From Octopus bimaculoides (taxonomy: Eukaryota): a DNA stretch of 64,000 nt. Positions 53,051 through 64,000 of the stretch are shown piece by piece. Location of the stretch: NCBI RefSeq assembly GCF_001194135.2, contig NC_068984.1, forward strand, positions 128,343,105 through 128,407,104. The letters are read 5' to 3'. Within the stretch, counting starts at the first letter, position 1. The number at the start of each line of letters is the position of its first letter. The position numbers and the translations under genes were made by a program. The notes under the pieces are model-generated. The model was given only the letters and a program-made list of their open reading frames with translations, did no database searches and was not told where the DNA came from.

Positions 53051-53388
53051 CATATTTTATGCTAGATCTAGCATTTTTTTTTTCAGCATTTAGCAGAAAA
53101 TTTTTGAATCTAGCATTTAGCTGGGAAAATAGTAGGTTTAAAATTCTATTTAGCCTGAGACTATAGCAAAAGCTACTCACCCAAGGTGCCATACAGTGGG
53201 ACTGAACCTGGAACCATGTGGTTGGGAAGCAAACTTCTTACCACATATACATGTGTGTGTGTGTCAATGTTAAAGATGTGAAATTGTAATGATCTTTTGG
53301 ACATTGACTGATGAGGAATAAACACCAAATTTTCTGTTTGTTATGTTTTTGTAATATTTCTGTTTGTTGGGTTTTTGTTGAATTTTTG

Positions 53389-53428
<40 letters not shown>

Positions 53429-53430
<2 letters not shown>

Positions 53431-54032
53431 CGTGAAAAAGTGCCACACCCTAACAGTTGAGTGCGTGAAAAAGTGCCACACCCTAACAGTTGAGGGAACC
53501 CGTGGAAGAGGTAGGCCCAGGAAGACCTGGGCTGAGGTGGTGAGGCAAGACCTTCATACATTGGGCCTCACCGAGTCGATGACTACTGACCNNNNNNNNN
53601 NNNNNNNNNNNNNNNNNNNNNNNNNNNNNNNNNNNNNNNNNNNNNNNNNNNNNNNNNNNNNNNNNNNNNNNNNNNNNNNNNNNNNNNNNNNNNNNNNNNN
53701 NNNNNNNNNNNNNNNNNNNNNNNNNNNNNNNNNNNNNNNNNNNNNNNNNNNNNNNNNNNNNNNNNNNNNNNNNNNNNNNNNNNNNNNNNNNNNNNNNNNN
53801 NNNNNNNNNNNNNNNNNNNNNNNNNNNNNNNNNNNNNNNNNNNNNNNNNNNNNNNCGGGTGACACGTAAAAGCACCCACTACACTCTCTGAGTGGTTGGC
53901 GTTAGGAAGGGCATCCAGCTGTAGAAACTCTGCCAAATTAGATTGGAGCCTGGTGTTGCCATCCGGTTTCACCAGTCCTCAGTCAAATCGTCCAACCCAT
54001 GCTAGCATGGAAAGTGGACGTTAAAACGATGA
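53429..54032 (+). mobile_element. 5'-truncated young RTE LINE inside (AT)n
   Basis: VKKCHTLTVEGTRGRGRPRKTWAEVVRQDL, then gap, then conserved 3' end. (AT)n lies on both sides. Confidence 0.9.
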
Positions 54033-54280
54033 TATATATATATATATATATATGTATAAATGATACAAAATGGGACAAGGACGCAAAACATCCAGACAGT
54101 TAGGTGAAACAAGAAAGGGACAAAACATACAGATAGACGATAAAAAGAAAACACAGACAGGTCATTCGGAGTTTTCTCTCTTCAGTCGAGATCTAGGTTA
54201 TCCTTGCAATTTCGGCTGGTTATTCTCGATATTGCTCCAGAATAGTCTACGCAAATTTCAGGAAGCTCCTACCTCTACTG

Positions 54281-55205
54281 ACAACTAAGGGCCTCTTGCT
54301 CAGGGTGAAAAGTAGACTGTATGATGCATGCGTGTGAACTGCCATGCTATATGGCAGTGAAACATGGGCCATGAATGCTGAGGATATGTGTAGGCTTGAA
54401 AGAAATTAAGCTAGTATGATCCGCTGGATGTGTAATATCAGTGTGCATACACAACAGAGTGTAAGTGCCCTGAGAGAAAAGTTGGACATAAGAAGCATCA
54501 AATGTGGTGTGCAAGAGAGATGACTGCACTGGTATGGTCATGTGTTATGTATGTATGAAGACAGCTGTGTGAGGAAGTGTCACTCCCTAACTCCTGAAGG
54601 AACCTGTGGAAGAGGTAGACCCAGAAGACACGGTATGTGATGGTGAAGCATGACCTTCGAACATTGGGCCTCACAGGGGCAATGATGAGAAACCGGGACC
54701 TTTGGAGATATCCTGTGATTGAGAAGACCTGGCAACTAAAGTGAGATCACAACCACGTATGTCCGGCCCTGTTAAGAATACCCCTGATGTGTCGGGTGAT
54801 ATGATATGCTTGAGAAGATCTGTTGAGCCAAGTAAAACCAATATTGTAGCTGTGGCTAGTGCCCCCTGACTAGTTCCCATGCTGGTGGCATGTAAAAAAC
54901 ACCAACTGATCATGGCCGATGCCAGTACCTCCTGACTGGCTCTTGTGCCGGTGGTATGTAAAAAGCACCATCCAGACGTGGTCAATACCAGGCCCACCTG
55001 ACTGGCTCCCATGCCGGTGGCACGTAAGAACACCCACTACATTCTCAGAGTGGTTGGCGTTACGAAAAGCATCTAGCTGTAGAAACATTGCCAGATTAGA
55101 TTGGAGTCTGACGCAGCCCTAGCTCTCCAGACCTCAGTCAAACCGTCACACCCATGCCAGCATGTAAAACGGACGTTAAACAATGATGATGATGATGATG
55201 ATGAT
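54281..55205 (+). mobile_element. Older RTE LINE 3' portion
   Basis: RLYDACV..AMLYGSETW..WYGHV..GRGRP with stops, three degenerate ~63-bp UTR units (about 54850-55040), and a (GAT)n tail. Confidence 0.85.
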
Positions 55206-55212
55206 GATATTC

Positions 55213-55266
<54 letters not shown>

Positions 55267-55468
55267 NNNNNNNNNNNNNNNNNNNNNNNNNNNNNNNNNN
55301 NNNNNNNNNNNNNNNNNNNNNNNNNNNNNNNNNNNNNNNNNNNNNNNNNNNNNNNNNNNNNNNNNNNNNNNNNNNNNNNNNNNNNNNNNNNNNNNNNNNN
55401 NNNNNNNNNNNNNNNNNNNNNNNNNNNNNNNNNNNNNNNNNNNNNNNNNNNNNNNNNNNNNNNNNNNN

Positions 55469-55499
<31 letters not shown>

Positions 55500-56104
55500 T
55501 TTATATATATTTATACATATATATATACAGAGAGGGGGAAACATATATACATGCTCACATGCATATGTACATAAGGGTATATACACACATATTCATCATG
55601 ACCACTATAGTTATGACCATCATATTTATCATCAACATTATCATCGTTTTATGAATCATTTATTATCTGAAAGTGTGTCATGTCAACACTCAGTTCAGTC
55701 TTGTGATATCTTTTCTGTAATTTTTTAAAGCTGACCTTAAAACTTTTTCTTATGTCTTCTTACATGACAGAATATAGCTTTTGTTTTTTGTTGTTTTTTT
55801 TTTCACCCTTTTTTCGTCATCCATTCTCAGTACATGTCCATATGAGAGCAGTCAGCCTACCTACTCTACAAGCTTAAATGTTCTCTGTATTTCATGTAGA
55901 ATAAAAAATTACACACCCAATAGATTGCATTCACCTTATTTCCCTCTATCATCCACAGATTTTTCTCATTCAATGCCAGTGCATCACTATATGCAGTATC
56001 AAATCATACACTTAACACATACTTCATAGTTTACTTTAGCACAGGATGAACCTTTGTTATCAGGAGTAAACTCTCAATAAACTCCTCTATACAATATATA
56101 TCAT

Positions 56105-56560
56105 CATCAATGTTATAATGTTCAATTTTCCATCCTTGCATGTTCAGATAGAATTCGTTGAGGCAAATTTTCTATGGTTTGATGTCCTTCATGTCATCTA
56201 CAAGCAGCTATTTCCAAGCAAGGTAATATTTCCCCATGGTCAAACCTATTTCCCTGACTGGTTGGAAATGAAAGACATTGCTTGTATTACAGTGATGTTT
56301 ATTTACAAATATCATACAATGTCAAGACAAAGGACACACACACACACTCTCTCTCTCTCACACACACACACACACATGCACACATACAAGTACACATACA
56401 CTCACACTCACACACACAACTGTTGTCTTTCAGTTTTTATCTACAAAATCCACTCACAAGGCTATTGTCAGCCCAGAGCTATAGTAGAAAACACTTGCTC
56501 AGGGTGCTGTATGGTGGGAGTGAACCCAAAAACCATATGGTTAAAAAGTAAGTTTCTTAG
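56105..56560 (-). mobile_element. SINE A2 (head A plus RTE tail)
   Basis: Same modules as 31815-32250, with a central (AC)/(CT) tract. Confidence 0.7.
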
Positions 56561-56569
56561 CCATTCTGG

Positions 56570-57330
56570 GTTGGCCATCATTTGCACAAATCTGTAAATG
56601 TTTTGGTCACTGATTTTTATATCACACGCCGTTTTGGTTTGACTTAGAACATTTAAAGTATTCATTATTGAGGAGGCCAAATCAAATTGAAACACTGTGT
56701 CTGGCAGTCTACTGGGGCATTCTAAGTGAAGCTCTGTGTTTTTAACACACAAGTCTTTTTGAGAAGTTGCTCTGAGACAAAATACTACAGCTGGTGTCAT
56801 TCTACGTTTGCATACACGTAATACAAGTATAAAAGAACTTATTATCAACCACAAATGACTTAGTAATATGTGCCATATTTTTCTTAATTGTTTTGGGTGC
56901 CTATGCAGTTTCAAGAAGACATAAGTATCCTTTCAACTTTTCTAGCCTTTGACCCTGTGACATATCAAGAATAGCTGGAGTGGAAGAGAGCTGCAACCAT
57001 TTTTTCCATATATTTATAGGCTGGTGAAAAGAGGTGGATAGAGAGTTACCTCTGACCTTAGCAGATCCTCTTCTATGGAGAACATTGATGCAATTAATGT
57101 CCAATTTCACCATCCTTAGGAAATCAAAGGTCACTGTGTGTGGATTTCCAAACTGATGCTGTTCTGTGGAAATGCAGTCTATACAAGCTTATAAAGCAGA
57201 CCCAAAAGTGTTGCCCCATAAAAGCACTACCTGGAGTGGCCAGCTCCTTGTGCCCACCTGTATCTATGTTACTACAGGGTTTGGTAGGATGATAAGAGAA
57301 GAGATTAAAGAATCCACCTGACATAAGTGA
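56570..57330 (-). mobile_element. Possible decayed hAT transposase fragment
   Basis: Broken frame containing ..SNQNGV..K....F resembles the hAT GVQ.RI...A.FV.C region. Weak. Confidence 0.3.
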
Positions 57331-59029
57331 AGGGATACACAGCTAATTTAGAGGAGTAAAGGCCATTATAATAGAAGTAGAATATGGAGAGAGAAGAAAC
57401 AGTGAATATGTCAGGAAGTGGTTGTGTGTTGGTTAGTATGTCTTTGTCAGTCAGTCAAATGAGCATTAAGGTATCTTTTACTTTCTTTATGGTTAATTTG
57501 AAGACATCGAGTGACTGAAGAAGTTTATTAAGAGGTAGCCACAATATCTACAGTTATGAAATATGTGATTGAGAGAAGGAAATTACAAGAAATTGAAATT
57601 AATATATCTGATAACCAATTAATTAAGTCTTGTGTGAAGAGACAATATTACAGTAGTTTTGACAACTGAACTACCTATTAATTAATTGGTACTCTTACAC
57701 ATTAACTCAGTTGAAAAGGTCTTTTCTTTTCTTCTTTTACTTGGTATAGTCTTGATTAATTAAATGTATCATACTCTCTTTATTAAGAGTGTTAGAGCTT
57801 ATCTCACTATGAATCACCTATTGGTTTTCAGTCAGTTTAGTACATCACAACTAAATTAATCTCTTCCCCACTTCCCTCTCTTTTTCTCTTAATTGCTTTG
57901 CTGTTAAGTAGAGCAGCAGAAGGAATTCAAGGCTGAGAGCAATGTCAGTGATGCATAACAAATTCACACTTTTTTGGTTAGAAGGTTGACACTTTATCCA
58001 TCCAATCTTTGTGGTTCTTGAATTTGGAAATTAAGTGGACTTTAGCAAAGTTATATGAAATCAATAGAATGTAATTAGGTTTTGTACTAATTTTGTGGAA
58101 CAATATATTTCCGTATTTCTTAGACAATTGCAAGAGAGAGTAATAAGTAGCAAAGAACAAACAACTACACATTGCGTTTATCAATCAAAAGAATGTAGGA
58201 TGACATGTTTTCTGTAAGATGTCACGTTCTCTGGTCAGCAGTAAGGAAGTCTAACTGAAAGCAGATTCAGAATTAATAGTACATTCACTGCTCTGTTTAA
58301 AGGTCAAATATGTGTTTAGAAGAGGTTCTTCACAAACTATCTCATTTTTTGTTCTTGAAGCCACTTTCAAAAAATTAAGATTTAATATCCTGTTTCCACA
58401 AGGAATAAATTCAGAAATTACAGGAAAATATTTGAAATTGAAAAAAAGATCATTAACCAGTTATGATGTTAAATATCTATCAAAAACTAGAATTGGTATT
58501 TTCTGCAAGTCATGTTGCTTCAGTAAATTTGATATATCGATAAAAAATGGTTTCAAACTTGAAATTCTTCAGCAAAAGATAGATTGATTTATACAACTGC
58601 TTTCTGCAGTTAAGGGTAACAGGATTTTGAGTGAATATGTCTGATGTCTGCAATTAAATGGTTAATGAATAGATTTACAAGAATAAGTCAGTAATAAGAA
58701 ACCAACTAAAACATCAGATAAATTCTTAGTATGGAGAATATAACAAAAAGTCCATTTTCATGGTGTACTAAACTAATTTTATAAAAAAGCAACATACAAA
58801 CATATTAGTTTGGATTTGGTCATCACACCTGAGAAAACAAGCATCTTTCCAATTGGTTGTATAAATAAGAGTAATAAAATGCAGGATACTGAAATAATCC
58901 AATCATATGTAATATTTTTCTGAAGATCACTTAAAAAGAAAAAACACCATTAAAAACACTAATAAAAAGTTGTTGTAAATCGTAATGTATTATTGATGTA
59001 TCTTTTATCTTTTTCTTGTAATTAGACTG

Positions 59030-59370
59030 CAACCTTGTTGGAACACTGCCTAGATAGGTTTAGTTGAACAAATCAACTCCAGTACTTATTTTAAAGTCTG
59101 GTATGTATTCTATCAGACTTATTTACTGAACCACTAAGTTACAAGGATGTAAACTGACCAACACCAACTGTTAAGCAGTTTTTGGGGACAAACACAGACA
59201 CAAAGAAACACACAAATAGATATATATACACAGTTTCCATCTACCAAATTTGCTCACAAGGCATTGGTTGGTCTAGGTCTATAGTAGAAGGCATTTCCCC
59301 AAAGTATTGTGCAGTGGGACTGAACTCAAAACCACAAGGTGGCAAAGAAAGCTTTTTAACTATATAGTTA
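59030..59370 (-). mobile_element. SINE A
   Basis: Reverse-complement homolog of 26807-27188. Confidence 0.75.
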
Positions 59371-59414
59371 TGACTTCAACTTATGAAAATCTCTTTAAAA
59401 AAAAATGGCTTAAA

Positions 59415-59636
59415 CCCTTTTGATACCAACCCACCTGAAAGTGCCTCAGACTCTGTAGTACAAATGCCTTGTTTTCAAAAGTTCTTAATTAAAACCTTCC
59501 ACCAAACCTCAGTCACAATTTATGTTCCTAATACTAGCTTAATGATAACTAAATTATTTTACTAAATTCTTTGTTATATTTAAAATTAATTAAAAGAAAC
59601 ACAGAGTATCTCAACAGAAATATGGTAACAAAAGGG
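59415..59636. mobile_element. piggyBac-like MITE, second copy
   Basis: CCCTTTT...AAAAGGG/TTAA. The internal sequence is the reverse complement of 37351-37555. Confidence 0.85.
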
Positions 59637-59843
59637 TTAAAGCACCTTAATAAAAGATTATCATAAATTGTAATGTACAATTGATGTAGTGGATGGTCTC
59701 AAGATGTTTTATCAAAATTCAAATTCACAGTTAAGACCAGAGGAGAAATTTTACATTTCAACTGTTTTTACAAAATTTATTTCATAAGCAAAATCTTCTT
59801 ATAGTAGCAGAAACAATATCCTTTGAGTATTTTCTGCAACTAT

Positions 59844-60572
59844 AGGGCTTTCCTATAAGTAGGTTATCTCCCTTGGCTAGGCGGCGCTCCATGTAGATAA
59901 TTAAACTTCCGGAGGCTACCCGCGCCATTGTTATTGTTTTACGTCTTATCATGGATATAAAGCAGCTTGATGATTCAGCTATCGAAGTACTTACTGTGCC
60001 TGAGTTAAAGAAATATTTAAGATTATATGGACAGTATGTTACTGGAAGAAAGGCGAACTTGACTGAAAGGTTGAAAGGAATAAAAATTCTGTCGATGAAG
60101 AATGTCAACAAAGTAAATTCATTGGACGATAAGTCTGAAGTATCGGACGATACTTCAGACAGGAATAAGCAGAAGCTTATATCTCCTCTCGGTGAAGTAT
60201 TGCCTGATCTAAAGATCTTTGTAAGTTGCCGAATTTCACAGATAATGACATAATTACCTCGTGCTAAGGATGAAATCAAAGCAACAGTTAAGGAGTGGCA
60301 TATTTTACCATGACAGACACGTACACAGCATCGAATACCACGATGTGAGTGAAAGCTGCTCTCACTGTATTGTCCGGTGTCTGGTAATCCCTTCGATACC
60401 GACATCAAACCAAAAAAATAATCCTGACCACAGAGTGTGGGTAATTATGTCAAATGTCACTGGCAATGTGCATTCAGCTGATTGCAACTGTTAAAGCAAG
60501 TCACTGAGCATGCGTACATGTCATACGGGAGAGTTCCAATCAGGGGTGGATAACACCTTATAGGAAAGCCCT
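59844..60572 (+). mobile_element. 729-bp non-autonomous TIR DNA transposon carrying SAP and SWIM coding sequence
   Basis: Perfect 16-bp TIR AGGGCTTTCCTATAAG (59844-59859 / 60557-60572), flanked by AT on both sides. CpG-rich interior. Confidence 0.85.
59951..60253 (+). CDS. SAP-domain ORF (100 aa), N-terminal part of a frameshifted SAP-SWIM protein
   Basis: LTVPELKKYLRLYGQYVTGRKANLTERLK fits the SAP consensus. Downstream frames give VHSADCNC...ACVHV (SWIM CxC..CxH) across stops and shifts. Confidence 0.6.
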   Translation: MDIKQLDDSAIEVLTVPELKKYLRLYGQYVTGRKANLTERLKGIKILSMKNVNKVNSLDDKSEVSDDTSDRNKQKLISPLGEVLPDLKIFVSCRISQIMT

Positions 60573-60793
60573 ATATGTTGTATTGGAAAATTCTGTGGAA
60601 ACAACTCGGTATATATTGTAATATTGCATTGTAATCAATATGATAAATGAAATCAATATCTTACCTAACAATAAATGCAAAGTCAACAATATAAGCATAG
60701 AAATTAATCCAAAGCTTTTATTATTCAAAGGACCATGGTCTACATATTTCTGTATAACTGAATAAACTTGATATAACAAAAATTTATGTAATA

Positions 60794-61803
60794 CTAGCAG
60801 AAATACCCGGCTTTGTCCGGGTTAAAGAGAATAATGAAATCTAAAAACGTCGTCTAGACTATGCAACCCTCAACTGTTAGTAGCTACGATACCATATTAC
60901 TACATTAATAACTCTCCAATCCATGCCAGCATGGAACATAGACATTAAGTGGAATGCCAGTCTCTCATCTAGGAGGGCCTTGAAATCAATGTTACCAACT
61001 GGGGACTACGTGTGTCGCAGTGATAATAAAAAGACCCAAAGGAGGTCTGCAACGAAATAATTTTACTCAACACTTTGCAAGTGAATCAGTGGAGGTAAAG
61101 ATGCGTCTCATTTACTTGACAATTTATACACNNNNNNNNNNNNNNNNNNNNNNNNNNNNNNNNNNNNNNNNNNNNNNNNNNNNNNNNNNNNNNNNNNNNN
61201 NNNNNNNNNNNNNNNNNNNNNNNNNNNNNNNNNNNNNNNNNNNNNNNNNNNNNNNNNNNNNNNNNNNNNNNNNNNNNNNNNNNNNNNNNNNNNNNNNNNN
61301 NNNNNNNNNNNNNNNNNNNNNNNNNNNNNNNNNNNNNNNNNNNNNNNNNNNNNNNNNNNNNNNNNNNNNNNNNNNNNNNNNNNNNNNNNNNNNNNNNNNN
61401 NNNNNNNNNNNNNNNNNNNNNNNNNNNNNNNNNNNNNNNNNNNNNNNNNNNNNNNNNNNNNNNNNNNNNNNNNATCTATATGTATACATATACATCTCTC
61501 TCTCTCTCTCTTTCTCTCTTTCTCTCTCTCTCTGAAAGTATCTGTCATTACAGTATCAAAATGTGATTGTTTCAGTTAGTAGAATAGTTTCATTTTTAAA
61601 GTGAAAGTATTTGACATGAGTGTTTTTGTTTCACTTTTGACACGTAATACTTAAATAGTGGAGGAGATATTATGTTGCCGTGGGCTCGAACTCTGCAAGA
61701 AGTTAAAATTTTTTTTGACTAAAACACAACTGGAACCCTAAGTAAGGCATGTGTAAAATTTGAATGAAATTGGTTGCGTAGTTCTCGAGTTTTGGGGATT
61801 CAC

Positions 61804-61838
<35 letters not shown>

Positions 61839-61864
61839 CACATTCTCATTTTTATATATATAGA
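60794..61864 (-). mobile_element. Non-autonomous Helitron
   Basis: On minus: A/TC start at 61864, CTAG/T end at 60794, subterminal hairpin ACCCGG..CCGGGT (60805-60822), and (GACA)n near the 5' end. Confidence 0.85.
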
Positions 61865-63449
61865 TTGATATGATAGATAGATATAGTGTAAAAACTTTCA
61901 TAAATATTCTATGAGCATCTCAAAGAAAATCTTTGTAATTACTTACTCTCAATGAAAATAATTGAATAGAGACTAGAGACAGTTAAGAGTGCAAGAGAGA
62001 GAGAGAGAGAGAGAGCATTGCAAGGAAAGAAACTGAGGATAAGTGTGAGAGAGGAAAAGTTACAAAGACAGAGCAAGAGAAATGCTTATAGGAATAGAGG
62101 CAGTAAACAAAGAAGAGATGAAAAGAGAAAGTGAAAGAAGTAAGACAACAAAAAATGCTATCTTGCCATGTAAGATTTTTAAAAATGCTATCTTGCAGCG
62201 AATTAAAATCAATTTTCTGATTGAATTATAATAATTGCAATAAAAGAAACTTGAAAACTATACTTTAATACAAATATATTTAAACTGGGTTTTTAAAAAA
62301 TTTTGCAGATAGTGTAGACTTTTATATTTGCTTATTTTAGTAAAAGTTACATACACATAACTACTTAATAAACAGCTTTCTTCATTTCTTCATATAGTAT
62401 AGATACTAGAATCTACTGTAATACAGTGTCTAAAAGTGACTTTTTATTTAAAGAATTTAATTTTTATTTTGTCTAATAAACAATTATGCCTTAATTGCAT
62501 TCATATGGTTTGCATGAAAAGCATAGTAGATTCCAAGATCTATTATGAACTGAATGCCTGTTCAAGAATAACTAATACTTCATTGGTTGAGAGTTATGTG
62601 TAGCAAACAAAAAGAAAATGTTTACTTATCTGACCAGAGAAATGTCTGTAAAAAAAAAAAAAAAATCAATGATGGCTTTTCAGTATTAGCCAAATATTGG
62701 CTGCACCAGGCATTAATAGGGAAGTAGAAATGGTTTCTCTTATTCTGGTTCAATAAAATCAATTTACTTTCAAAATTACTCTTATAAATTGAAATCATGT
62801 TGCTTGTTTCTCTTGTATGAGGTCTTATCCCAATCTTTCAGCAAATTTTTGTAATATTATTTTTTCTTTCTTGTTCAACTCACATTGTAGATAACTATTA
62901 ATAGCAAGTTAAAGTCTATATTTTGTGCACCACTATTTCTTTATGAATGTCAATATTTTCATAAGCGTAACTATGAAATTATGTAATGGCTTCTATATTT
63001 TGTCTAGCCATTGTCACTTGCAAAAACCATTGTAAGTCTGTTGTAAACAAATGTTTTAAGCTAAACAATAACTTTCTGAGTTACTTTGCCATAGACAAAT
63101 ATAAACCAATAATTTACAATTTTCCTAATGTAGAATCAAAAATATCTAAATGTAAAAATTGGTGACTAAAATATTTTATGGATAATGTAGCATTCCTATC
63201 CTGTATATCAACTCAAAGCATTTCTTTTAAATAGTGTTTTACAAAAGTATTAGTATGAGTTGAACAGTTGTACAAAATGAAAGATTTACTTGAACCATTG
63301 AAGTAAATATTTTACACAAAATTCAAAGAAATACTTTTGATACCAGTAGCATTGTCAACAGAATGACATGGTTACATAGAAACAGTCTAAGTAAGTGGTC
63401 TTAAGAAAGAAATAGGAATACTTCTTGTTTTCCTTTTATTCCTATAAAT

Positions 63450-63960
63450 CTGTAATGTAGGATAATGGATGACAAAATCAGAAGAGGATCAGACGAATTG
63501 TCATGCAGTATTCCATTCATTATGTCTCTTTATACTTTGCATTCAAGTCCAACCATGACCAGTTCTATGGTGTGTGAGTTGTTCATGAAATATGATGGTG
63601 AGGTCAGTCCTAAAATATCTTTTGACAAGAGTTGTTTATGAGAAATGGAAGTCTGATGGGCTTCTTCCTAATAGTAACATTTGTTTCTGTGTTGATGAAA
63701 ATAAACAAATAGTTAGATCCCCCATGGGAGAAACCCATGATCCTTGTTAATAGAAATGAGAGATAAATCAATTGATCAGTTGATATTAACAATGTACAAG
63801 GGGGTGAGTTTAAAGGTTGAGGATAAGTGAATGAGGTTAGTGTTATTTCTAAAAGTGTGGTAATGAGAACAAAAAAGAGAATATAGATGATAGGTTTTTG
63901 TTTGACTCCAGAAGTGAAAGGTATCATTGATGCAAATGGTGTTGCCATTGACTCAAGTAG
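63450..63960 (-). mobile_element. Possible decayed Penelope RT fragment
   Basis: Pyrimidine-rich on minus, with a weak HP.LKFT..LSFL pattern. Confidence 0.35.
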
Positions 63961-64000
63961 TTATGCTATAAACTTAAATAGGTGTGTGTATATGTGTGTT

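Noticed and set aside
53308-53335. CTGATGAGG...CCAAAT as a hammerhead
   Set aside because: Only a 2-bp stem II is possible and G12 is missing; too weak.
59782-60408. 208-aa minus-strand ORF
   Set aside because: It is antisense to the SAP ORF and has no recognisable motif, so it is probably a shadow frame.

Overview
AT-rich, repeat-dense animal genomic DNA from a draft assembly with 12 N-gaps. The SINE/RTE repertoire resembles octopus, which is my inference from recalled repeats, not a database hit. Only one host coding exon is clearly recognisable: a minus-strand BTB+BACK (kelch-like) exon at 1962-2575. Most of 2.6-51.5 kb looks like CpG-depleted upstream sequence or intron, with a CpG-retaining promoter-like zone at about 51.5-53.05 kb. 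The rest is a transposon landscape. It includes a young RTE LINE family ((GAT)n tail, tandem-repeat 3'UTR), three tRNA-headed SINE families (one swaps 3' modules), Penelope remnants with minimal hammerhead-ribozyme motifs, piggyBac- and hAT-like MITEs, a Helitron, a tRNA-Lys pseudogene, and a 729-bp TIR element carrying a SAP-domain ORF plus a SWIM remnant. No prokaryotic features or CRISPR arrays are present. Most ORF-track entries are N-gap, microsatellite or antisense artefacts.
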